A stretch of 64,000 nucleotides of DNA. Origin: Pelomyxa schiedti. Taxonomy: Eukaryota; Protista; Evosea. A model generated the notes under the pieces. That model was not told where the DNA came from, did not search any database, and saw only the letters and a program-made list of their open reading frames with translations. Numbering within the stretch: position 1 is the first letter of the stretch; the number at the start of each line of letters is the position of its first letter. The DNA lies in assembly GCA_020536535.1 (NCBI GenBank), contig JAHLWZ010000571.1:1-64000 (forward strand), written 5' to 3'. Both the position numbers and the translations under genes were made by a program. Shown piece after piece: positions 13,528 through 25,847 of the stretch.

Positions 13528-15404
13528 ATGAACCCGTACAACCCGATGTATTCGGTCGTGGACCCATTCCAGCTCGGCCAACAACAACCACAGGCGCGTC
13601 CCAATTACACGTGCCCTCCCACAATGCCGCAACCGCAGCAGCCCCAGATGATGTGGTCCTCGCCCATGTACACCAACAACATCTACGGCACGAACCCCAA
13701 CAACGGTTTCGTTCAACCCTCGTATGTCGTACAACAACAACCACCGACACCAAATTATGGGTCCTACGCCCCCATGGCTTCCAATGTAAACGTTGATCCC
13801 TTGTCCTCGTACTTGAATCAACAGCAGCAGCAACAACAACAACAGCAACAACCACAACAGCAACAATATCAATATTCACAAGGAGGTGTATATATGTGTC
13901 AAAACAACACACAGTACAGTGGAGGAACTTGTATGCAACAAAACCTGACTGGGAGCTACACTTTGTCATCTCCTTTTAATACTTACGTAATGCCGGCCAC
14001 TACGGCGCAAGTGGCTACTCCCACACCCACAAGTGAGCCTGGTGCCGAAATGCCGACTACTAGCACTGCAACAACAACGGCGGCAGCAACTGAACTGGTC
14101 GAACCACCTGAACCTACTGCTGTGACTCTGCCGAACCCGCATCCATTGGATCAGGCAACTAATAACAAGCAAATTTGCCCGCTCCTGTTACAGGTTGGGT
14201 TTCTTTACACCCTCTTTTATGGAAATAGACTTTGAGATAACCGTAATGCAAAAGGGTTGGTGCCACTCATATCGCCATTTAACGAATCAATCTACCTATA
14301 TTCATCCTAGGGCTATGACTCGGTGCAAAAATGTTGACAAGGTTGAAGGTTCTTATTTCAGTGCCCACATATGGTAGCCTAAAGACATACAAAAAAAAAA
14401 AAGGAGGAAAATACATTGGCTGTACAAATCCATCATGCAAATACATGCACCCAAACCCCAAAAATAGAGATCATATTACTCAAATGGAGTCTATTATTCC
14501 AACACTTGGCACAACATATACCCCAGAAGTGATTGAAAAGAAGGTAAAATTTTCATCTGTCTGTTTTTTTTGTAATGCATAGCCAGAAACGCAACTGCAA
14601 ATTCGGAGTACTTTTGAAGATGAAAAGCCAAAGTATCACCATTGCTACATTTTATTCCTAAAGAAACTGTTGTCTCAGGATGCGATCCGTTTGCGCAAAA
14701 TCCAGCCAGTGGATGCTCTGATCCAAACTGTCTTTTACAACATGTTACTTGCCAACTCCTCGCCAATCGTCCGGCAACACCACCATCACCAACAGCAACA
14801 GCCACCCCTGCAAAACCGGCAGTACCACAGGCACCAATTCCCATGAGTATCGCTCCTGGAACGGCCAGTGATCTAGACTACGTACAACACCTCGTAGCAA
14901 GCCACTGCCCAGCAAACAACCAACTTAAAGTCACGGCTGTTCGCATCATCCAGGGGACTGTTCTATTTCAACGATACACAGCCCGCAAGAAGGCATTGCA
15001 AGCACAAGGAGGTACCTTCTAACCTTTGTCCAGTCAATTAATTAACTGTGTTCAGATGTACATGAGATATGGGGATTCCACGGAACAGGGGATGATGCAA
15101 TAACCGTACCTCCCCATCTTATTATCTCAACTCTCAAGACAAATTTCTAACATTATGAAAGGCAATTGCAACTACCGGCTTTTCCGTGGCACACCAAATA
15201 CACAACGCCTATGGCAAAGGAACCTACTTTGCCAACGACCCTACAGTAGCCCTGGGATACTGCAAAAGCAACCGCAACATCATTGTCACGAGGCTTCTCC
15301 TTGGAGGGAGTGCCAATGTAGACTACATATGGGCCAATTCAGTCAACTACTTCATCATTCCTGATCCCCAAGGATGCTTGCCTCTGTGGATCATGACCGT
15401 ATGA
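13528..15404 (+). CDS. PARP-family mono-ADP-ribosyltransferase with Q/P-rich N-terminus and CCCH-like zinc fingers (PARP-A)
   Basis: Fingers CTNPSCKYMHP and CDPFAQNPASGCSDPNCLLQH; ART motifs WGFHGT, AYGKGTYFA and VNYFIIPDPQGCLPLWIM (H-Y-Y triad). Confidence 0.88.
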
Positions 15405-15590
15405 AATCCGAATAAGGTCCAAAAACACCCAAGCACAGTCATTGTGTACAACCACCGGCGCCAATGTGACAACGTTTTTCCAAGACAAACTTTTTTCCCC
15501 AAGTAGTGATACGAGAAACCAACTTGCTTCAAACCCCAACCAAAAAAACAAAAAAAAAAAACTGCCTGTAGTGTTGACAACCAAGCTACA

Positions 15591-18278
15591 ATGAGTACGA
15601 TTGAAGCACACAGACAGCGCATCAATGATTTCGTTCCAGGGGCCAATGCTAATGATTTCCCTCATTGCGCCGAGGTTTTTGATTTCTTTTTGTTGTTGTT
15701 TTGCAAGACGGACAACAGTAAAAATTAAAACCCAACAGGCGTTTAGTGGCCAACCAGAACAGAAAAAACGTCTAAGAGTTGCTGTGGTGGGTAAGACTGG
15801 GACTGGGAAGACTTCGTTGGTCAACACAATTGTCCGAGTTCTTGCAGGTAGCTCACTTGTACATACTTGCACACTGCTGTTTCCACTCCGTCGTTTATTA
15901 ATAACAAAAAATCAAAAGGAACTGGACCAGGGACTCAACCTCGGTGCCCTGTGCAGAACAGTGGTTCTGAAGGAACTGTGCTTATCGAAGATGTTCGCAT
16001 CTCCAAGGGCATCACTTTGGTTGACACAAGGGGATTCTTCACTTTAAGTTCTGCTGAAGGAATGGCTTTTGTGAGAATTATCGAGGGAATGTACCAGCAC
16101 GGTCACAAAGTGGAATGGGACCCTCAAGATGAATCTGTTGCAGATTATGTTAAAGCTAAACAAGTGATTGATGAACAGCGTCCTGCATTTAATAACGTAA
16201 GTTTGTGGTTTCATCACCTCCTGTTTACCTCGACAAGGGAGAAGAAATTCCGTACGTGGATCGCGTACATGCAGTAATATGGGTGCTGAATGCAAGTGAT
16301 CCGAGGCTGGCCAGCAACCAATACGTCAAGCCACTGGAAATTCCTCGAAACTGGTGCCGGATGTTGGGAATAGCTCCAGTTGTTGTGATCACTCATGAGG
16401 ACTCGATTACAACACCGCAACAACGAGATACTATCGCATCATGTGCTTCTTCTGCCTGCAGCTGTGCTCCTTCTGACATCTTTTTCATATCGAACTACAC
16501 TGCTGTTCAGGCGCGCACAAATAACAATACAGACCTCACAGTAATGCAAATACTAAATGCCACGATACATGCGGGACAGCGCTATATCAATTTGCATCCT
16601 CCTCCTCCCCCAGTAGTTCTCACTCTAGTGACCGTGACCGGGCCAGCACAGGAGAAACTAAAATTTAGAGTCCGACCCACTATGACTCTCAAAGAATTGA
16701 AAGTTAACATTGGCAGGCGGATCAAGGCAGATCCAACCACCTTTGCGCTTATGGAGCCTGATGTCTGTTCTCCATTTCTAAACTTGCTGATTTATTAGCT
16801 GTAGTTTGACGATGAACTCGTGGATTCAGAGAAAGTTCTTAAATGGGGAACTGAATTTAGAGTGATGGAAGGGTTTACTTACTCCAGGACCCCCCAGTAC
16901 TGGGGTGCAGATCCGTGGGGACCAACAGGTACAGAAATGCTATGCCTTCCTGAATTTTGCAGTAATTTTTTCAACAGGACACAGAGAAGTGGAGGTGGCT
17001 CAAGAATCGGATGAATTCAAGTTCATCAACTCATTGGTATACTCTTCTTACGAAAAGAACTCATCATCAAGTAACCCTGTTTCTATTTCACTATAATAAA
17101 TAATTGCCATTAATTAATACAACCTGCCTTTCCAACCCCATCATAGAAATTGGGTGCGTGAGGGGAAAATGGCCTGGTGGATTGAAAGTGAGAAGAGTGA
17201 TACGTATTCAAGACAGACTTCAGTGGGAATCATATACCAATTATAAAAAAATTCTGAGAGAAAGAGTGTCTGGAAATGCGGCAGCAAAGCCTTCATCCAT
17301 TTATCTCAGTAACAAACCAATGCAAACCCCACTCCTGGATCCATCAGTCAATGAATATCTTCTTTTCCATGGGTGCTCAAGTGAAGTTCTGTCACAACTA
17401 ACGCGAGAGGGAGCAGACTTCCGCGTGTCAAACGTCACAGGCATGTTTGGAGCAGGATTCTACCTCGCCGAAAATTCTTCCAAGTCGAACTGGTATATCC
17501 CCTGCTCCAGATGCCACCTCCCCTGCCGCCGTGAAGAAGAACACCCAACAAACACAACAACCCCAACCCCAACACCAACACCAACACCAACACCAACAGC
17601 AACAGCAACACCAAAAACAGGCTCCCCACCAACCACTTCACCTGCAACCAACCAAACACAGCAACAACAACCACCACCCCAGCCGGCAACAACTTCAACA
17701 TCGACTTCTGCTGCCACTTCCACCACTTCTTCCAGTGCCACTGATCCATCATCATCGTCCACCCCTTTTGAATACTTCGCCACAGCAAACCAAAACCAAG
17801 AAGCCGAGTTCGAAATGCACTCTCCCACCCATTATTGCCACTGCGCAGCCCCGGAAGCCGTGGAATGCAGCATGCTTATTTTCCGCGCGGCCCTCGGCGA
17901 CGCTCACATCTGTGATGCGGTATGCCTCACACCCAAAATCCCGTCAACTCTCACTCTAACTAACATCCCATCCCACAATCGCAGTACACAGCGGCGAAAT
18001 ACCGCGGGACCATGGCGGACCCGGTGCGCAAGCCGCCCACCAACGACGCGACGGGGCTGTCGTACGACTCCGTGGTCGCGGAGAGGTGCGACCAGTGCGA
18101 CGCGGCGAAGCAGGCCGCCGTGGCCCCAGAGAGGAACCCAAAGGCACGCGAGATTGTGCTGTACGCGAAGCACCAGGCGTACTCCGAGTACGTTGTAGTG
18201 TTCACCCGCAGCCCAGACGCCCTGCCGCAGCCTCTCCCTGCCCAACCGTCTTTCCTCACCAGGCTCTCAACATTCTAG
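15591..18278 (+). CDS. IFI44-like P-loop GTPase + ubiquitin-like domain + tankyrase-like PARP catalytic domain (PARP-B)
   Basis: GKTGTGKTS, LVDTRG, DRVHAVIWVL, PVVVITHED, DIFFISNY; Ubl KFRVRPTMTLKELK; ART LFHG, GMFGAGFYLAENSSKSNWY, AREIVLY...QAYSEYVV; splice phases checked as continuous from Ubl to PARP. Confidence 0.85.
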
Positions 18279-18458
18279 CTGTGCCCAATGTCCATTCAGT
18301 ACCTTGGTGCCCCTCAAAGAAGGTAACAATGGTTCCCCTTTGTAACTAAGCTTTGGCTTCTTGTTGCAACAGAATGATTTCTTGTAAAACAAACATCCAA
18401 GTTAGTCCTTCGCAAAACCAACCAAAAACCAACAGCGGCGTAATTATCAAAAGAGCAA

Positions 18459-20855
18459 ATGAGGAGTACGAACGGCAGTACGCTAAAGCCACCGACGCCG
18501 TCGACGCGCCAAAGATCGGCGTCCTTCGACTCGCATTCCAAGCACGTGGGGTTGCCTCCCCCGTCTACGGGAGCAACGGCGGCGAGGAATTATGGGACGC
18601 CTCCATCGAGCGCAGTCCTTCCAAGCATAGCTCCCGGCTCCATTCGGCACTCACGTTCGCCGTCATCGATGACAGCTTCGACGAACACCACGGCCGCTCA
18701 TCCTCCTCGACCTCAGCCTCAGCCTCAGCAGTATCAGTCTCAACAGTATCAATCATCTCAGTCGCCCCACTCCAAAGCGCCATCACCAACAACGAGCTCG
18801 GCAAAGTGTACCACTGCAGTGAGCAGCTCCGGCGGGGAGAATTATGGGAGGCAGCAGCCCTCGTCGTTTGAGTTCACGTCGCAGAGCCACCCGTCCCTGG
18901 TGCCGTGGCTGCGGCCGCGGGCTCCCATAATGGACCCGGCGGGCGGGTCGCTGTCCTGGCCCACCGCGTGGCACTTTGCCGTGTCGCGGAGGTTTTCCCG
19001 CGTTCCGCACGTGGCCGAGGTGTTTTCGATGATGCGCAGCGTGGATGACGTCACCACGCTCACCAAGGTGGTGGCCCATTTGGCCCCTGAGGTTTCTGGG
19101 GAGGATTTCAGGGAGTCTTTGTACCAAGGGATGGTGGCACAGGCAAATTCAGATGGCCTGATGAGAGATATTCTCTTAGAGACGCTCGGTGCAAGGGACA
19201 TTATCTTCAAGGAAAGCCATGGAATTTGGGGAGTGGGAGAGGGAACCAATGAACTGGGAAAATTGGTCCTCAGGCTGAGGGACAAGTTCTACCCCAAGCG
19301 AAAGGCACTCCTGTGCAATTTCGATAACACTGTAAACCTCCAGTCTGTCGTCGATCTACTTCGTGCAGGAGCAAGGCAATCTCACTTGTCAATTGACGCA
19401 GTCTGCCAGTATCTCCATTTGTCAAGCTACAAGAGGTATATTATGAAATGAAGTTTATTCAACTTCTGAATCACTTTAGCATTCTTTCATCCGAGTTCTC
19501 GGGTGGCCCATATGACCTGGCAACTCTTTGTCTTAATGCTAATGAAACCAGGCTATCGATTAATGAGCCTGATAGCAGTGGGATTGGGTTTGGCCCGTTC
19601 TATCGCAAACTGCGAAGGTTGACAAATAATCAAGTGGCAGTGATTATTTCTGGGGACAGCACGCCAACACCTCCTGGCGCTGAGGTGCCACTTTCCCTGT
19701 GGGTATGGGAGAAAATAATGTCTCAATTTCCCGGGACTGAAATAGCACAAGTTGATGGAAGACAAGGCATTGTGATGTCATGGGGATCGCAGTACCGGAG
19801 TGTGCATATTCACACAGTGGCTCAGTGGCTAGCTTTGCCAAGTGAGCCTGTGGCATCTTTCCAGCAGCTATTTGCAATGAGCATCAATGCCAAGCATCGA
19901 AGCAGCGTGCCAAGTGCTTCAAATGAGTCTCACATCACACAGCTGACAAGAGAAATCACAAGCTACATCGCTGGCAATACTACTATATCAACTGTAAATA
20001 TTGCATTTATTGGCACGCATAGACTCTTCCTCTCAATGTTATATAGACTTATACCCATGTATTGATTTTTTCGCTATCAGAAGCCCCACAAACATTTGTA
20101 CAGGTTCCCCACACAATATTCACGTTCCAATTTACCAAAAGATGTTGCAAGATTCCAACTTACGGAGGCAATTAGTCTGGTTACACTGGCAATGTGCCCA
20201 ACCAATTTCCATGCTGCTGTAACAATAATGCCTTGCAAGGAGGCCGAAACCTCCAATTTGCAAAAATGGGCTAGTGCCAAGCGTATAATCAAAATATTGC
20301 TCTGTGAGCATGACAATACAGATATTCATTCACTCCCAGACACATTTCTGGTCAAACAAGTTCATTGGAATACAGAAAATTCATCTGCTGCAGTGATTTG
20401 CCTTTTGCGGGTACTGTACCCTTTTTCAGCAAATCGACCATTACACTGATTTGTTTTCTAGGCCCTCCGAGCGGCACTCTTTCACGCCAAGAATTTTCTT
20501 CACCAACCCCAGAACCAACAACACCCAGCATCACCACCCCAACAGCAGCAATCACCGCAAACCGTTACACAACAAGCAGCACAAACCATGGTACAACAAC
20601 CCAAAATCCAAGTTGTATATCAACAGCAAATCCACACAATCCCAATTCACTCATCAGACTCGATTCTCAAAGTGAAGGAATCCGTTTGTGCCAGGCTATC
20701 CTTGGACCCCTTGCAGTATTACCTTGGTGACTCTGTGTGTACCTTCAGTCAAAAAAACCCAAACAATTTACATTCTCCAGAATGCTGCTGAGTTCTGTGG
20801 AGAGGACTCTGTGCAATCAACAGGCACCAAAAACTTTATTTTGTATCAATACTAA
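18459..20855 (+). CDS. Multidomain protein: degenerate NADAR (YbiA-like) + alpha/beta domain + degenerate IFI44-like domain + ubiquitin-like domain
   Basis: WPTAWHF...DILLETLG...IWGVGEGTNELGKLVLRLRDKF follows the NADAR consensus; C-terminal IQVVYQQQIHTIPIHSSDSILKVKESVC is Ubl-like; central exon joins uncertain. Confidence 0.7.
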
Positions 20856-20904
20856 ATGGATAGAACAACAAAATTTCCTTTTCTTTTAAAAAAGCTTTTG
20901 TGCT

Positions 20905-23900
20905 TCAAGAGACCTGGAAATTGAAGAACGACGCACAGTGACCCATGGAAGCCACAGTCACGAATTGCAATCCACTAATAGCGAACTTATCATGCAATGA
21001 TACACTGAAGTGATTTGCACAGTTCTCCAGAGTCACAATGCCTTTGTGCCCATTGTATGTTATCCTGTAGCCAACGGGACCCTATCATTTGGTTATTGGT
21101 TAGTGCTGGGAAAAAACAAGGGGAATTTTTCAGTGTACATACAGACATAAGAACATTCTGGAACATTTCAGAGAACGGTGCGTGAACAATGAGGGGTGAT
21201 CCATGCGGAGACAGTCCCTTGCATACCCAAGATGACCTGTCTCTGCCAGTGAGCAAGCCAACTGTATAACAGGAGTTGGGTCCCATGTGGTTTTTGCTGG
21301 AATGGGTTTTCTCAGGGCTTTTGGTGATGCAAATTCTGAATGACATTACATTGGTTTTTGTGAGGTGATTATTGTGCTACCTGATATCGGACCCTACTGC
21401 TTCGAAGAAAATTGTTCCTTGCCCCTTATGTTTCATTCTAAGAGGTATCACAGTCTCCTTCTTTCCCTAGATTTCTGTTGGAAGAAACTTTGGGTATAAA
21501 TTAGACAGACAGCGTACCACAAGGGCAAATTCAAACCCAGTCCGTTGAACATGTGGTGTGACCACCGCCGAAGTCCGCTTTGGGAGCATGAACTTCATGG
21601 CCTCTGGAAGTACCTCTGCTTCAGTAGGCACAACCAAAATAGTTTCCCCTGGTCTGTCACGAAAGGCGTGGCGGAGACGAGTACTGACGGTGTGCCCAGG
21701 ATCGCCAGCATCCAGCGCATCCAGGTCTTTTTGGCAGATAACAATTTTTTCCACATAGGAAAGTGGAACAGTACTGGGCAGGTGCCCCTCGACACAGATA
21801 TGTGGGTCCTTTAAAAGTTGCACTGGGTTATTTTTGATGGTCTAGTATCTTGAAAGTACTTGGTGTGTATAGGAATGTTTAATCTGTTCAATACTATGTC
21901 CTTTAAAGCGTTCTTGAATTGTTGCAGCAATAAGTTCATCCCATCCCTGAAGATGGTTAATTGATTTTCAATGCCTGGAGAAGATACATCAATAGCAGCA
22001 GTTGTTTTCGCTCTATGGTAGGTTTCTACCTCCCCCGGCTTTGGAGGATAGTCTATGTATCCCGTTGCTGCATCGACATTTAATTTCCGGTAGGTTTACA
22101 GGTAGGCTCATTTGAAACCTGCATGTGGAGACATATTGAAATCTGGGTGATACATAATATCTTGAGAGAAAACAAGCACAATATTCCCATATCCATAGGG
22201 CCTACACAAGAAATTAGTAAAAATTGCAAAACACTTTAAACCTCAGTGTTGGCCCAACAACAGTGAAAACTTGATCATCTGTGCCCTGCTTCCATGAGCA
22301 ATACTTATAAGTTGATTTTAAAAAAATACCAAAAGGGTATCTTTACAGTAGCCAATTCCCTGAGTCATGTTAGATGCAACAGTAGGATACAAATAAACCT
22401 TTGTTTGATGGGTTTTTACGGTTTCTGCAACAGAGAGTACCATTTGTTTGAGTTGTGCACTCTAATAAATTTGAGAACAACAAACAAGGTAATCAAAAAC
22501 TTACTGAATCACGTCCAATTAGTGTGTCTACTTTCGATCTTGTCACCTTGGTATCCTTCTTACTCACGTGAATCCCTTTGAGAAGCACCGATTTCAGCAG
22601 TAACTTAGCCCATGAACTCACTGGTTTATGGGTGTCAAATCCAGCTGCGTGTCTGGCTAAGAAATTTCTGATTGCGGCATGTTGGTACACCTAAGGGAGA
22701 TTTTTATTTAGTTTGTGCTAATAGTAGCTCCTACCTCCTGTAAGGCAGCATAATATGGATTTTTCTGAAGGTATTCTTGGAATTTTAAGCTTACAACCAC
22801 CCCATGTTTCACTATCAATTTCATGACATCAGGCTTGCAACGGTGCATTGGTCTAAATTTCCGTACCCAGGAAAGAATTTTTGGATTGACAGTTACTCGG
22901 CCACCTTTCGCAAGGTAAGAATTTGTATTTACAAATTTCAGTAGCAATCCTTACCATTAGCTTGATTAAGGGAACTGAACATTGTCTCTTTATTCCCATA
23001 GAAGTCAATGCTCTTATTCAACATTCGTATTTCACAGATAGGTATATTGGATGCGGGGTGGTCATACTCCATTCGATGGTGCACAGACTGAGGCATATGT
23101 ATATTAAGACTACATAATGGAATAACATACCTTATCAAGACAAAAGATGCCATATTTGCATTGCCTCCGCAAATCACGCATGTGTGGGTGAGAAAATTGT
23201 TGCATGTGAATTCCATCAGCCATTTTGGTGCAATGGGTACCAAATCTGCACTAGAAAAGGTTAAATAGGGCTTGGCACAGTGGTAACCCTTACCATCTCT
23301 CGTTCAGCATGTGTGAATAAGTTACAGTGCCTTCCATCCCCAAGTTTGTTGCACTGGGCGCCATACCAGCAATGGTGACTGAACATGGTAGTATGATTGT
23401 CATCAGCAACCTGATGATATTTGATTTTAGTTTAACTTGATCAGTTGCAAAACGTTAGACCTTGGTACAATTTGGCTGAAACGTGCATGGAGGTAGGAAT
23501 GGGTGTCTAAAATTCCGAAGGTGCAATATAATTTCTGCAGGAGTCAAGGCTATATTCCCAGGAATGTAGGCGCATGTCTTTCCAAACTTGCAATCAGTTT
23601 GTGCATGGCGATACTCCCTGCAATGTGTTTCTCCAGTTTCTCGGCAGTCGGGGCCATATCGACATGGGGGTGGATGGGAGTATTTCTCAGCATGGGAAGG
23701 TGAATAAATAGTACAAGCCCCGGCATAGACACAAGGAGGAGGGTGTAAAAACTGTGAGCAATGGTGCGGATTGTTTATATCATCACATAGTCCTGCATAT
23801 CTGCAAGCTGGGGGATGGCAAAAAGAAACCATATGCTCTCTGGGGATAGGAAATGAGAAGAGGTGGGCAAATTCAACACGCACTTGCTGTTTAGATTCCT

Positions 23901-25578
23901 GCAATTAGCACCAAAATCACACATTTTCGGGTGTTCGAATTCTCTGCAGTGTGTTGGATCTGTCATTAGCTTGCACAAACCCCCAAATCGACATTGAACT
24001 GGGTGAAAACCCAGAATATTTATAGGGTTAATGACAAAGCTATTTAAGACAGGGCTTGTAGGCATTGCAACGTTACTGGCAATAAAGAGGTCTGGTGAAC
24101 GTCTGGAGGCAACTAAATAGGCTTGATTCAGTTGCAATTCAGGGATCTATGCAAGTTAGGCTCTATCAGTTAGAGTTTGGGTGAATCCTCACAATAGTCG
24201 GAGGGCACTGAAATACATCACAAAAAACTTGAAGGTTCCCACCCTGAGGGGCATTAATGTCATCGTAAATGCCAAAGCATATTCTTTTGAAGTATTTTGC
24301 GTAGGCTCTGATTGCTTCACAAAAGAGCAAAGCAATATGGCGAGGTGGATTTCTTTAGGTGGCATTAGGACTGACAAAATAGAAGGAAGTAGTAAAACTT
24401 GAAGGCGCCGCATCCAAAACTACCAAGCACTAACTCAGTGAAGCCAGAAGCTGCAGCTATATGGAAAATCGAGCATATCTTGGCATAGGTTTCACTTGCT
24501 TCAGGCTCTGCAATAGTGCCTGGTGCACTAAGAGCAGGCCCTTTAATTGCCGCAACAGCAATGAAGTCCAGAAGAAGAGGTCTGTTTCCAGTCAGGTGAA
24601 AGAATATGATGGGAAGAAGAACGTGGCCAAGAATGGATATCCTAATCTTTCAGAACCCCTGAATACAACAACATTTTGGGATATGGTTGTTCCAGTGCTG
24701 GGGATCGGATACTGGACTGATGGCGGAGGGGCACCAAAATCAGAATCAATAGCTAACCAGTAGTTGGATCTTCTCATCAAACTTTCTTCTTGTGCCCCTT
24801 TGATCTCTTAAGTGCATGCCAATACAACATGAAAACTTACAGTGTCCCCGTTTGAAACCCCCTCCAGGGCTTGTGCTTGAGGCCATATTAAGAACCAGGG
24901 GCCTAGACCCAGGGTTATCTAATATCATTTGGACAGCCACTTCAACTGAATCGGCGTTGAAAATCTGAACAACTAAAGTTCATTAAACCTTGATTAATCA
25001 TAGTTCGAACTCAATAAATACCGGGAGATACGCCTAAAGGTGGAGGGGGTAAGGGTGACAACTGCCAATTAGGGCACATTGCGGTATTTAACTAATTAAC
25101 AAGTGAGAACAGGAGAAATTGGAGAGTTTTACCGGCGAAGTGCAAGAACGAAGCGTAGCTTTATTCAATTGGATTAAAGTGGAGGGAGCAACAAAGTAGG
25201 ATCCATTATTAACAGCGCTCATAGTCTGTAACATGATGGATACCAGCATACGATGGCAGGTATTCTTATCCCCAGAAGCTAAAGCAAAGAAATGAGAAAT
25301 AAGACCTTCCCTCTTTATGGCTTTCTACAAAAGGAAGGTCGGAATACCGCGAGCTTGGGCAGAATGAAACTGGAAATAGGGAAGCCAACACTCAGGTACA
25401 TGTGGCATCCCCATTTGTACATAGGGGTGTTGCTTCTTGAACTTCCACACATTCAAGCAGTTGAAGTCTATCTCCTCATACCTTAAACGCTTCGATGTCA
25501 AAAACGAAAAACGAAAAAAACACAAAAGAACAAAGGTAAGCCATCGGCGCACCAGAGTTGCTCGGACGTTGGCTGCAT
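20905..25578 (-). CDS. Bacterial-type PARG (DUF2263 macrodomain) + ~10 PBZ zinc fingers + putative DarT-like ADP-ribosyltransferase domain
   Basis: Spliced LNMASSTSPGGGFKRGHW-AQEESLMRRS, VVVFRG, LVLGSFGCGAF..NPPRHIA; repeated Cx[FY]GxxC..H...[FY]xH at ~23050-24000; C-terminal MHRC...VVS, DDQVFTVVGP, YGNIVLVF, VEGHLPSTVPLSYVEKIVI. Confidence 0.85.
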
Positions 25579-25847
25579 GGTTTCTTGTTTAATTCAAGTT
25601 GTTTTTTTTTTGTTGTGCCGCCGTCGGACGCCGTGACAGTGGGGCTTTAAAACTTGTTCTGTTGTTGGCTGCACGCCCAACTTCGGGGGAACTTCCCTCC
25701 AAGTTGTTGTTTTCCGGTAAAACGAAACGCGTTGGTCCAGAAGCAGGAAAACACACAACAAAGAAACACACCACACCGACAAGGTGTTCAGCGTTTTATT
25801 ATTGGCGAGGGGTCCACGCCTCATCAAGTTTGTCTTCAAAACAAGCA

